A DNA stretch of 64,000 nucleotides from Scyliorhinus canicula. Taxonomy: Eukaryota. This document shows positions 48,587 to 61,534 of this stretch, piece by piece. A model generated the notes under the pieces. The model ran no database searches, was not told the origin of the DNA, and saw nothing but the letters and a program-made list of their open reading frames with translations. Positions within the stretch are counted from its first letter, which is position 1; the number at the start of each line of letters is the position of its first letter. Both the position numbers and the translations under genes were made by a program. The stretch spans positions 146,361,875-146,425,874 of the forward strand of contig NC_052146.1 of the NCBI RefSeq assembly GCF_902713615.1. The letters are read 5' to 3'.

Positions 48587-48630
<44 letters not shown>

Positions 48631-48649
48631 ACTCTCCCCCTCCCCCCCT

Positions 48650-48773
48650 CCAACCCCAACGGGATCTTCTGGTCCAGCTGAGGTCAAGAACATTTTGCGT
48701 GGCTCGCCTACCCCCGCAGCCAGGGAACCCACCGCAAGGCGTTGCCGTCTGTGGGATTGGAAAATCCTGCCCC
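48650..48773. mobile_element. Partial short Harbinger MITE
   Basis: Ends ggaaaatcctgccc. Confidence 0.45.
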
Positions 48774-49095
48774 AACTGTGGAACGGGTGAAATATATTAC
48801 TATGAAATACCTGCTCAATATACATGTCAAGAGATATTCCTGTTATAGGGACAAGCTGCTTTTATTATCGTGAATATCGTGAACAGCCAGTTTCTACCTT
48901 TTCGTTCTCAGGATATGCATTTATTATCCGTCTGAGTTGGCCTGAAATAATAATGATGGGTCTTCCATATGAACATCTGGGTAGTGATTTTATGAAACAG
49001 ATTAATGTGCTGAACCCCTTTATGAGGCAGTTAACAGGCAATCGTGTGAGACTGGAGTTACATATAGATAAAACCTTCCAACAAATAAATGATTT

Positions 49096-49731
49096 TTTTT
49101 ATGGGCCAGGGTTTAGAGAACCCCAAAGTGTATCATGGAGTTCACCTGACCCACAACTTTTAATATATTGCGGTATGGGGAGCACACGGCCCACTCTACA
49201 GGTGCGGTACAGCAGAAATGGAAAAGTATTTTTTGAAGCAAAACAATGTTTATTCTAGGAACTCAAGTTAACCTTTTTAAAACATACAGTGAACATCTTA
49301 GCAACCATCAATTCAAATACAACCCCCAAAGAATCCAACACTAAGTAATCCTTTAAGCTTCCCCTTTAACATCCAGAAGACTTAAAAAACCCTTTAAAAC
49401 GGAAGCACATCAGGTTAAATTCACTACTGAGAGCTGTTATGAGTTTTAAATCACCAAAGGATCGATTTACAGCTTTTAGATTACAGAGAGAGAGACTAAT
49501 ACTCCTTCTGGCTGTGACTTCAGCTATCCAGCTTTGAAAACTAAACCAAAACACACCCTGCAGCAAACAGCCTAAAAGGAAAGTAAAAAGTTGACAGACA
49601 GCCCAGCTTCACACACTCGCTGATATCACTGCAGTAGTAAACACTCATTTCTTAAAGGTACTCTCACTACAGATATTTATATACACCCCCACTTATAAAC
49701 ACCCATTTCTTAAAGGTACTCTCACATGACA
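49096..49731 (-). mobile_element. Solo LTR
   Basis: (t)tttatgggccaggg...catgaca; TSD ATTT; homologous to 53428-54004. Confidence 0.85.
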
Positions 49732-51535
49732 ATTTCTTAAGGGTGTTCATTTTGTTGTGAAATGTAATCGAATCTTCATTGATAAATAGCTTTGACTGTT
49801 TTTGCATAATTTATCTGATATATTAAAAAAATAATTGACAGTTGGTCAAAATTTCTGATTTCAGGACTAGTTCTAATTGCTTAACTGACAAGGGGCTCAG
49901 GAAAACTGCCTGTTTCATAATGAACTGACTGTTGATATGAATGCATTGTAACCATTACCCTGACAACCAAAATAAGCACGCACAATTACCTTATTCAACA
50001 ACCCTTTGAAGAATTGGAGGTGTACAACTTCTCTAACAGCTGCCTGCAACTTTCTCCGCACCGCCAGCTCGCAAAATCCAGCTTTAAGGGCTCAGACCTT
50101 TGGTAATTATGTGGTTGCTAACAATTTTCTTTTGGGAGTGAGAAGGTTAAGCACAGGTAGGCTGTCTCTAGGGCAACCTGGCTCGAAGTTCACATGTTGG
50201 CTGGTGAAAATTGGAAAAAAAGAACAATCAACCCGATGCAACAGATTTGATAGTCTGATCCTCTGAAAAGTTGACCCTTCAGTGCTTTATAGCATCATCA
50301 TTGGTTGAGAACTGGCAGTATGGACCCATCCATGGAGGCTAAGATGGTTTTGAATTTAGCTCCAAATATGTTTGCAAGCCAAAGTGCTAAAGGAGTAGTT
50401 TTTTTGGGTTGACAGGATGCTTGCCAGTGCTCTGTGTGGCGAGCTACATTAGTTTCAGCTGGTTCAAAACCAATAGTATCTCTGCACACGCAAACGCATT
50501 CACACACGCTCAGGCACGTACACATACAGAACGTTAAAAGTCTTGGTTTATTCCAGCTGGCACCTGGAGAAAACGTGGGGTGATTTGCAGCAGTTGTCTG
50601 CATTAGCGCTGGCAATGGGTGGAGTTACTGCAATGCACATTCAATACTGGCAGCGCGGGAAGGACGGGGAAGGCGAGGAGAGGGGAGAGGGGGGGAGGAG
50701 TAAGCCTGCTCCTGGCCAATATGTCCAACTCAATTGTCAGCCTCTCTACCACGGCTATGTTCACGGCCAAGTAGTCTTGGTGATGGAGCAGACACTGGCA
50801 TGCTTCAGGTCTTCCACAACTGGTGGGCACTGCAATCACTGAGGTGCATCATCACCCCCAGGAATGACAGTTCAATTTAATTATTTGAGTTTCCTTTTGA
50901 TCTTTTGTTTTAGTTACAGTGCCCCACCAGGGGCTCTCGCATCTATCATTTTTGTTTAATATATTGATTATTGGTTTCATTGTAAGAGTATATAGATAGA
51001 GTTCTGTGCGAGCTGGAGTGAATCATCAGCCCCCAAAACAAAATTTTAATTTGATTTTGTTACGTTTTCTTTAAAGTTTAGGCTTTCATTGCAGTGCCCC
51101 TTTAAGAGACTGACAATTAATTTGTTAATCAATTTGACAATTAGTTTATCGTTATCACTAAAAGCGATGCTGCTCTTTTCAGGGGCTGAATTAGTTTCAG
51201 ATGCTCATTGACATTAGTGTTGGGTTAGGAGTTATGCATTTGTCACATCTCACTTTGTGAGTAAATCCCAAACTGAGAAGAGATTGGCATCTGGCTTCCT
51301 CCTTCACTAACTGGCTGCGAAATCAATTGAACCTCTTCAAGGTAGGGCCATTGTTTGATTCCCAGTTTTAACTGATGGCTGCCTTGTTTTCCAGGGCAAA
51401 CCGGCTGAATTGACGTTGGAAATTCCCCACCCTCCCCTATATACATAAGTCTCTTATGCCTTCCGTGCTCAGTGGGCACCGCAGGGTTGGACTGTTTCAT
51501 CAACCCCAGATTTAACATTTTGATTTAATGTGTTT

Positions 51536-52247
51536 GGGCGGGATTCTCCCACCACGGGGCGGTGGGTCCCGGCGGGACAGAGTGGCATGAACCACTCCGG
51601 CGTCGGGCCACCCCAAAGGTGTGGGATCCTCCGCACCTTCAGGGGCTAGGCCAGCGCCGCAGTGGTTTGCGCCCCGCCGGCCGGCGTGGAAGGCCTTTGG
51701 CGCTGTGCCAGCCAGGGTCGAAGGGACTCTGCCGTCCGGCACAGGTCCGCGCATGCGCAGGAGCGTCAGCGGCTGCTGACGTCATCCCCGCGCATGCGCA
51801 GGGATGTCATCTTCACGCCGGCTATCGCGTAGGCTTACATGGATGGCGCGTAGGAAAAGAGTGCCGCCATGGTACAGGCCCGCTCGCGGATCGGTGGTCC
51901 CCGATCACGGGCCAGGCCACTGTGGGGGCACCCCCTGGGCCAGATCGCCCAGCGCCCCCCCCCCCCCCCAGGACCCCGGAGCTCGCCCGCACCGCCAGGT
52001 CCCACCGGTAAGGGACCTAGTCCAATTTACGCTGGCGGGACATGCATAGAACCAGCGGGACTTCGACCCATCGCGAGCCGGAGAATCGCCGGGGGGGGCC
52101 ACTGCGAGGGGCCGCCGACCGTCGCAGCGCGATTCCCGCCCCCACCGAATCTCCGGTGCCGGAGAATTTGGCGGCCGGCAGGGGCGGGATTCACGCTGCC
52201 CCCCCCGGCAATTCTCCGACCCAGCGGGGGGTCGGAGAATCCCGTCC
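51536..52247. mobile_element. Family-1 Harbinger MITE
   Basis: TIRs gggcgggattctcc / ggagaatcccgtcc, TSD TTT. Confidence 0.92.
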
Positions 52248-52861
52248 TTTAAGTTTCTCTTTCTCTTTGTTCTCTTTGGGCTGTGCTCCATTTGTCTTTT
52301 AGCAGCGGCACCTTTTAATTTATCCCTCAGTTAATTTCTGTTTTTCTATTTAGTTGATTGGGCTGTAAAATACAATATAAGTCTCTTATATAGTTGTCAG
52401 TCACATGACTTCAAGATTTAACCAGGATAGATTTCCACTTGTGTCTAGCACAGGATTCACCAAAAATGTTATTAGGGGAGGAGCTGTCATTGAACACTGT
52501 TGAATTTGCTTTTCCCGCTACATTTACAGGAGCAAGAGGGTTAAAGTATAAAATGCTGTCTTTATCTTGGCAGTTTTGGTGCAGAAATTATGTGTTGTTA
52601 CGGTTGGGGCCAAATGCGTCATAATTAGACAGCAACAAACAAGAAAGCATGCATATATCAAACGTTTTACCACATTGTTGATTATTTTGGCACGTGGCAA
52701 AGCTGGCAGCTAAAACAAAAACTCCCCATTGTAAACAACACTGAATTCCCCACCTCAACAACACTTATGCTCTCACTAACGTAGAAGGAAAAAATATATA
52801 TCCAGCTAAATTACCTATGTAAGTGCAATGTTATTGAGATTGTAAAATAGTTTTCTTTAAA

Positions 52862-53048
52862 TTTAGAGTACCCAATTATTATTTTTCCAATTTAAGGGCA
52901 ATTTAGCGTGGCCAATCCACCTAACCTGTACATCTTTGGGTTGTAGGGGACAATGTGCAAACTGTTCCACATGGACAGTGACCCAGGGCCGGGATTCGAA
53001 CCCGGATCCTGTGCGCCGCAGTTCCAGTGCTGACCACTGTGCCACATG
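52862..53048 (-). mobile_element. Internally deleted V-SINE variant
   Basis: tRNA head with B box ggttcgaatcc and partial V domain. Confidence 0.75.
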
Positions 53049-53427
53049 CCACCTCGAAAATAGTTTTACTAAGAGTCGCAGTTAGGTACACTGGTAACAA
53101 CATCTTTTGCCTAGTTCTGTAGCTTCACATGCCTTTTAACTTGCCATCAAAGCTACCAAGGCTTGAATTTTCAATTCTGCAGACTATGCTTGGGGGGAGG
53201 TGGAGTGATTTCTGTTGGGGGGGGGGGGGGGGGAGTGAGGGAGAAGAGCTGACCACATGTGATCTTGCGCTGCATAGCCCTTTAAATATGCATCTGTGAG
53301 GAGTACCCCCCACCACCCCCACCACCCATGATTTTCACAGTGGGGGTTAGCCATGAAATTGACATCACTGCCATTACTTCGCTGGGCTGAAGGTCCGGGC
53401 GCCATATTTAAGGGGCACCCGGACAAC

Positions 53428-54004
53428 TGTTATGGGCCAGGGTTTAGAGAACCCCAAAGTGTATCATGGAGTTCACCTGACCCACAACATTTAATAGATT
53501 ATGGTATGGGGAGCATACGGCCCACTCTACAGGTGTGGTACAGCAGAAATTGAAAAGTATATTTTTAAAGCAAAACAATGTTTATTCTATGAACTAAAGT
53601 TAACCTTTCTAAAACAAACAGCGATCATCTTAGCAACTAGTAAATCAAATGCACCCCCCAAAGAATACAACACTAAGTAATCTGTATGCTGTCCTTTTAA
53701 CACCTTAACAAACCTTTAAACAGAAGCACATCAGGGTTTACATTCAATACTGAAAACATTTATAATTCTGAATTCACCAAATGATTAAGAGATAGTCCTT
53801 CATGGCAGAGAAATCAACAGTCCAGCTGCTTTGTCTGACTTCAGCTGCAACGCACTGAAAAACGAAACCAAAAGCACAGACACACCCAAGCTTTTCTCAA
53901 AGTGAAACTAAAAAGTAGAACCAGGGCTCAGCTCCACCCACACTCTGACATCACTGCAGTAACATGAGCAGCCACACATTTCTTTTAACGACATTCTCAT
54001 GACA
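53428..54004 (-). mobile_element. Solo LTR
   Basis: TGTTATG...ATGACA termini, perfect 4-bp TSD CAAC. Confidence 0.9.
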
Positions 54005-54871
54005 CAACCTGCACTAACTGTTCCACCTTTGGCTGGCCACTGCTCTACCAATCCCTGCTAACCCATCTTCCTTTTCATCACCCTCCATACAACATTCACA
54101 GCCACCATCCGGACTGGCATTTACAGACATTCCCCATAGAGGCCAATGTAATGGCGACTCACTGTTCATCATGGGAGATGTCTACCTCACCACATGCACA
54201 CCGCCTACGTACAGTCCTAAAAGTGAACGTTCAAATTTCTCACTGGTGTAGAGATGGGGATTTGAGGTGAGGTGGTCTTTGGATGTGCGTGCATGACTTG
54301 TGAAAAAGTGATTCTCTCCATTATTTAGTCAGGAAGATGCACCCATCTTTAACCCACCTTTGAAGTCCCAAGAATTTAATTGCTTGAGTCCTTCCCGCCA
54401 TCGGGAACTGATTTTTGGCCTCACACCAAATTACGTTGCCTCGTCCTTCAAGCTTTTTACTGTTGCCAGGACTGGAAGATTCCGCCCCAAGGGCGAGAAT
54501 TTCCCGGATATCAACAAAGCCAGATGTTGGGTGGGAATGTGACATTAATGTTCTTTGATTGGGCTGATGTTGAATATTCATATTGTAGTGTGAACAAAGA
54601 ACATTAGACTGTGTTTTATAAGCAAAGTTATTTATTACTAACACTACACTAGCAAATTATTAAAATGTCCAAGATTAATAATAATAATTTTTATTGTCAC
54701 AAGTAGGCTTACGCTCACACTGCAATGAAGTTATTGTGAAAAGCCCCTTGTCACCACGTTAATACAGTTGGAAATAATGGTCAAAGACTAACTTACACTA
54801 AAATACTGCAGAGCTACTTTAATAGGCGACTGTTACAAATTTCTTACTAACACCTTCTCCTGGAACACATG

Positions 54872-55481
54872 GAGCTGGATTCTCCACAGCCCTGCGCCAA
54901 AATTGCGTTTGGCGCTAGGGCAGAGAATCGACTTTTACGCGAAAAATCCGGCCGGCGCCACTCCCGCGATTCTCTGGTCCCCGGAGAATCACTCGCACAC
55001 AAATCATGACGCGCAGCTGGGGGGTGGGGGCATTGGCAGAAGCCCTCCCAGCGATACTCCGATCCTGACCGGCCAATTTCCCGACGGTGTGGTTCGAACC
55101 ACGTATGGCTGGTCGGGATTCAGTCCAGGCCGCCCTGGTTGGGGGCAGGAGGATCCATCACCGGGGAGAGGCCTTATGGGTGGCCAGGTCAGATGAAGTG
55201 GAGCAGGGCCGATCGGGGGGGGCACCTTTTATTTTGCTGTTTGTACGCAGTCTGAGTCCGCCATGGCGCTAGAGGCCACCACTGTGTGTTTGCGCGGACT
55301 TGTAACCAGAGGTGCAGGGGCCCATATCCGCAGCCAAAGCTGCATGAAGCTCCCCACGTCCCTGTTAGCCCCCTGCAGGTAAGTGAATTGGTCTCTACTT
55401 TTTTCAGGAAATTCTGGAGTAAAACGCCAGTGTTTTTACACCGATGCGGGGACATAGCCCCATTTTTGGAAAATCCAGCCG
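54872..55481. mobile_element. Harbinger MITE, further family
   Basis: TIRs gagctggattctcc / ggaaaatccagccg, TSD ATG. Confidence 0.85.
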
Positions 55482-55699
55482 ATGGTGTGACCGGGTCCCA
55501 TGTCTGCATACTCACACCACCTGCTGGCCGGATGCTGGAACTACAACATATTTATATATATTGTAGTTATACTCATATTGTTATTTACATATGGATGATA
55601 ATACAGATGACAATCTACTTATCATCACAGAAGTCAATAAGGGCAAAGGTGGCTTTTGTCACCATATAGTGCAGCACTGTGGAAAAAAATGTCAAGGGA

Positions 55700-57950
55700 T
55701 GTGTCCCATGACATATCGCTGGTGGGGAAACCTCTGAATCACCCTACCAACAAATACTTTGAAATGTGAGGATTGGGCCGGCAATTTGAAGGACTCCACA
55801 GCACACAGAAAACAAACCAGTTAACCCTGGATGTTACCCCCTCCCCTCCTTCAACACTCTTGGGCACCCCCTAACACTATTCAGAACTCCCCAGGCACAA
55901 CTTGGGTACTTCATTGACACTACCCTGGCATGCCTCTCTTACCCCTGAGAGCTGCACTCACCTGTGCTCCCCTGGGAGGTCTGCTTGGCAGTGGCACACC
56001 TTCGGAGAGTAGTTGGGCTTCATGCAGTTCTGCAGCACGTCACCATGGTTAGATTATTTGACAGCAGGGCGGTGGATCATTCCAGCGTAAGGGCCTGATA
56101 ATTAAAAGTAATGAATTCAAATGTGGTTGCCAACAATGAATGTCAGGAAGCGTGCCATGTCACTGATGAGGGAGGAGACAATTGTGACATGCGTTTATGC
56201 AAAAGTAAAATGCGACTTTGCAGTTCTCATGATGTTTCCAGTTCCTGTTGCCAAACTTTCCCGGTGCAAACGGTAGCAGAACATTCTGGCCCAATTTATT
56301 GTATTCAAAAGACAATTATGAGGCTCAGATCCATCCAATGGGAGAGAGGGGGGATTGGGGGAAAGGGGGTAAGCTGATTGACAAAGCCTCAACCTATGAG
56401 AATTGGCTGAGGATAAAGGTCACCTTGGTCATCTGGGCACGCCGGACTCTTGCCGCGACACCTGTCCTCCATCCTCCAGTTCCCCCTGTGGGTCCTCCTC
56501 AGGCTTGTCCTCCACTCCATCCTGGCCCACCTCCTCCTCCTCAGATGAGGCCGCATATCCCTCCTCCTCCAGCATTTGGCCCTGCTGCTGTCTCAGGTGA
56601 TGGAAGGCATAGAGGCCCATCACAAAGCAGGAGACCCTCTCTGGGGTATACTGCAGTGCACCACAAGGGAGGTCCAGGCATTGGAACCACATTTTGAACA
56701 GTCTAATGAACCGCTCAATGGTAGCATCGATGGCAAAATGGATCTCGTTATATCAGGTCTCAGCCTCAGTCTCTGACATCCGTGTTGGTATCTTCAGCCA
56801 AGACCTCAACTGATACCCCTTACTCCCAGAGCCAATCCATCATCTTGGGGTGGTTCTCAAAGACGCTGGGGATCTCTGATGGCCTCAGGATGTAGCTATC
56901 ATGCACACTCCCTGGAAAGCATACACACACATGCATAATCCAGAGGCAGTGGTCACACAGGTCTTGAACATTCAGGTAGTGGAGCCCCTTCCTACAGGCC
57001 ATCTGTTACCAATAGACCTGACACATCCAGGCAATGGTGGAGAATCCTGTAGCCCAGGCATCTTGTTGGGACTGGCCCAGATCAATGTTGATATAGCCTG
57101 ATGCCCATGGACGCCTGGATGTACTTGTGGGCTGTAGCTTATGATATGTCGCACAAGTCCTCACTCGATCCCTGGAATGATCCAGTTGCATAAAGGTTGA
57201 AAATGAAAAAAAAAATGAAAAATCGCTTATTGTCACGAGTAGGCTTCAGTGAAGTTACTGTGAAAAGCCCCTAGTCGCCACATTCCGGCGCCTGTCCGGG
57301 GAGGCTGGTACGGGAATTGAACCGTGCTGCTGGCCAGCTTGGCCTGCTTTAAAAGCCAGCGATTTAGCTCAGTGTGCTAAACCAGCCCAGGTTCAGGGCT
57401 GCAGTGGCTTTCACGGCCATTGGCAGCAGATCCTCCACGGGATGCCAAGTCTGTAAAGACATAGCAAAGATGCCGCAATGCCTCGTTGTTGAGACCGAAT
57501 CTCCTGCGGCACATGCTGTCCATCATCTCCTTGAAAGACCAACACCGCCTGTAAACGTTGCACCATCCCTGCCGTCCCACTCTAGGTTCCTTGGCCTGAT
57601 GGGCGGCCAGGTCTTCAGGGTGTGCAGTGGCCCCTGCACTGGGGATGCCACCTCCAGACTGCATCACCGCATCTGCTTTCTCTGGCGTCTGGCCGCCTGG
57701 GCTGCCACCAGCACTTCGAGGGCAGCCTCTGTAGGGCCAAAATAAACAGCCTTATTGTTATATCTGTAAGGAACTGGAGAAGGAGAGAAACCAACATTCA
57801 ATTAGGCCTTCCACCCCAGGACCCTCAAATCCCCCAAGCCTGCCTCAATCGTAAGTGTCCCACCTTCTCTCAGAGTACCATCCACGCAAATCAGAATTTT
57901 GGCCTTTCTTGCTATTTAACCGACGCGCCCAGATCCACTCCTGGCTCAAC
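55700..57950 (-). mobile_element. Harbinger remnant with near-complete decayed transposase
   Basis: VYRRCWSFKEM...CRRRFGL; DHCLWIMHVCVCFPGSVHDSYIL; FQCLDLPCGALQYTPERV. Confidence 0.85.
57200..57388 (-). mobile_element. Short tRNA-derived SINE inserted in the transposase
   Basis: Homolog of 48077-48265; aggtt duplicated on both sides. Confidence 0.85.
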
Positions 57951-58052
57951 ACGGTGGTTAAGTTGTGCCCATAGTCTCGTGCCTATATATACTTCTTCAT
58001 AGAGCTCATCCTTGAAAATAGAAAGGAGAGGAAGAACTGGAAAGTAAGTAAA

Positions 58053-58262
58053 GTTGCCATAGTCACAGATGACCATAGGCTGCTTTCCCCTTTGAGGGGG
58101 AGAGCTGCCTGATGTTGATTTAACCTGAGGATCACTACACCTCAGGTGAGGGCAAGGTTGAGAAGGCGGGGCCTTCACGGATAGCCTCAGCCAGTACGGG
58201 AATTGAAATTGTGCTGTTGGCCATGTTCTGCATCACAAACTAGTTCTCCAGCCAACTGAACT
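58053..58262 (-). mobile_element. tRNA-derived SINE, related head with a different body
   Basis: Head ...gcacaatttcaattcccgtactggctgagg similar to the 57300-57330 head. Confidence 0.6.
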
Positions 58263-59168
58263 GTAGTCACAGTTAGGCACCTTATGATTGCCTTAATCTG
58301 AACTGCACAGAAGATTTATAATACCTTACTTTTCCCTGACCATCAGACCTTGTACCAAATATTTGTTTGATCCTGCCAGCTATTTTTTATCTGCTGTGGG
58401 GGAAAAAGGACCCGCTAATTCAGTCTGGCATCTTGATCAACAAGATGCATCTTAGCCAACACTATTTCTTCCCCAAATGGTTATAATGTCACTATTTTAG
58501 TTACAAAATCTAATTCTATTACAATGAAGTATCATCTTCTTTCAATATCCATTCTCTATCTTGTCAGAAATGCTTGTCCAAACCTCTGAACAGAGTGTGG
58601 CAGCAAACGACAAAAATAAAACAACAAAGCTTCAGCATTGAATTGCACCATATGGATTAAGACCAGCTGCACCGTACTCTTTGCACTTTTTGACAATAAA
58701 AATCTGAAACGATGTGCAAAGGGTTATTAATTGCAAAGAATACTCTCTCAAAAACAAAACAGACGCTTGTGAAATTATAATATGCTTATGCTATGGCAAG
58801 AACATCACTCTTCATTTTTTTCCATTAAATAGAAACATTAATGAACAAAGACTGGATGGTACAGTGGGTGCACAGTCTCTTCCCATCTCTGCGCCCAAGT
58901 GCTATACCCACTGTAAACTGATGAGATAACAAGCTCCATTGGAGTTTTGGGACTTGTTACTGTTCAATATAGATAGGAATCGACTATTTCCTGATAGATC
59001 TGACTGGTAAAAGAAGGCTATTTAATGTAAATATTAAGCCCCAGTTTAACATCCATTTTAAAATGAGGATTTCAGCATTCATATACTCAGGTCATGATAA
59101 AACATATAGCCTCAACAGAGACACAAAAAGCCTGACACATGCATAAACTCACTGGAGATTAAAACAAC

Positions 59169-59910
59169 GGTCGCAATTCTCCGCACTCACAACGGTGCGG
59201 AGAATAGCAGGGTTCGTAAATTTTTACGGCCACACTAGTCTGACGCCCTCCCGCTATTCTTCCCCCCCCCCCCCCCCACGCCCGACTCTCGACACGAATC
59301 GCTGCCGCCGTTTTTTTTACGGCCAGCAGCGATTCTCAGCTGGCCGATGGGCCGAAGTCCAAGCCCTTTACGGCCGTTTTTACGAACGGCAAATACACCT
59401 GGTCTGGCCGTTCGTAAAAACGGCCGTAAAGTCCTGATTTTGAAAACCATGGCACCGATTGGCACGGCAGTACCACGGCCGTGCCAAGGGTGCCATGGGC
59501 CCGCGATCGGTGGGCACCGATCGCGGGCAGTGGGTCCGATTCCCGCGCACTCTTTGTCCTTCCGCCGCCCAGCTGTATTACTTTGCGGGGCGGCTGAGGG
59601 GCATCCCGGCACGCGCATGCGCGGGTTTCGCGCAAATGCGCGATGACGTCATCCGCGCATGCGCGGGTTGGAGTCTCCCAATCCGCGCATGCGTGGCTGA
59701 CGTCATGTGACGCGTCAGCCGGCGCAAACTCTGGCAAGCGGGCTTAACGAAATTCGTTAAACCCGCGATGCCAGAGTTCACGGCCGCGGCATACTAGCCC
59801 CGACCGGGGACCAGAATCGGTTCCTGGTCGGGGAGGGGGAGGCTGGCGTCAAACCCGCCCGGTTTTGACGCCAGCCTTACGATTTCTCCCTGTCTGGGAG
59901 AATCGCGCCC
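59169..59910. mobile_element. Family-2 Harbinger MITE
   Basis: TIRs ggtcgcaattctcc / ggagaatcgcgccc, TSD AAC. Confidence 0.92.
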
Positions 59911-60847
59911 AACATTTTTTACTAAGCAAAGATGAAAAAGCTATTTTTCAAACAAACTTTCAAAAACAGTTTGACATTAAAACATGAGCTGTACCAGTAA
60001 TCTGATCAAGGCCGAAGCAGGCACCGTAGCAACATGAAGTCATTATTGTTCATAATGTGGATAAAGCGAAGTCAGCAGAAATCCAGTAGAAACTAGTCTT
60101 GATAATAGCACAGAATTGCATTCCATGACATACACAAATATTCAAACATGAAACATTCAGAACTGATGTTGCACATTAAGGATTGATAGTTAAATGTCGA
60201 ATCAAATACATTTAATTCTAACCCAAACCAATTAGGACGACATAGAGGTGTAGATAGATGGCTCAAGACAGATAAGATTTCCTATAAACATAAGGGCCCA
60301 TACGCCATCTTTATCCAGGATCATTCTATACTTTGATCTAAACTATTCGCTATCTCTATTTTTCATATTTTCACTCTTACACTCTAACTCTTGAAGCAAA
60401 TGCAAGCTGTTTTGCCATAAGCAAGAAACCACTTCTGTATTATTTTGGAAGTTAAATTGTTTATAAGTTACTTCTCTTTAAGTCGTTTTGGTAGCATGAC
60501 TTTATTGAGAATAGATTTAAGTTTCTCCTAATTGTAATCAAATAGAGGCAATAAAGATTCTTGTTTGCATCCGAGAAGTTTAACTCAAATTTCTACTGAG
60601 TTTTAGTGTCGCAAGACCTCATTAATTCCGCATAGTAGATCTCATCAAATATGCATCTACTGCATTAGACTATCCGCAGGTCACTGCAAATTATTGCAAC
60701 ATTAAATATAGTGATGGACAAAATGAGATTAGGACATGATGCATTGATAAAGTGGTAACTGCATCTGAGAGTGGTGTGAAGGCACAATTTCAGGACAGAA
60801 TAGAGGGGGGGTGAAATCTATTTGCCAATCTCATACCAAAACATGAA

Positions 60848-61534
60848 GGGCGGGATTCTCCGACCGCCCGCCAGGTTGGACAACTGCCGGGGGGCAGCGT
60901 GAATCCACCCTCGCTGGGGATTCGGCGGGGGCAGGAATCATGTCGCACCAGTGGGTGGCCTCTGGCAGCGCCCCCCCCCCCCCCCTCGGCGATTCTCTGG
61001 CCCGCGAGAAAACGTGGCCGCCCGTTTTCGTCGGGTCCCGCCGCCTTATGTTACGACAGGTAACTGCGGGACTTGGCTCCACGGGTGGCCTCTGGGGTCC
61101 TCGGGGGGGCGTGGGGATTCTGGCCCCAGGGCGTGGCCCCATGGTGGCCTGCCCCGCGATTGGAGCCCACCGATCTGCGGGCAGGCCTGTGCCATGGGGG
61201 CACTCTATTCCTCCATGCCAGCGGCTGTAACGGTCCGCGATGGCCGGCGCGGAGATGAAGCCTCCTTGCGCATGCGCTGGGATGACACCAGCACATGCTG
61301 GCGCTCCCGCGCATGCGCCAACATGCGCCTGCCGCCGGAGGCCCTTTGGCACTGGTTGGCATGGCGCCAAGCCCCTTCCTCGTGGCCGGCGCAGCGCAAA
61401 CCACTCTTGCGCCAGCCTAGCCCCTGGAGGTACGGAGGATTCCATACCTTTGAGGCGGCCTGATGCCGGAGTGGTTCACGCCACTCCTTTGCTCTGGGTT
61501 TGCTCGCCCTGCCGGTTTCCGAAGAATCCCGTCC
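60848..61534. mobile_element. Family-1 Harbinger MITE
   Basis: TIRs gggcgggattctcc / gaagaatcccgtcc, TSD GAA. Confidence 0.92.

Noticed and set aside
48586-48630. Long poly-C/poly-G runs (also 47440-47474, 19743-19767) as functional elements
   Set aside because: Simple homopolymers whose length is unreliable in assemblies; no further structure.
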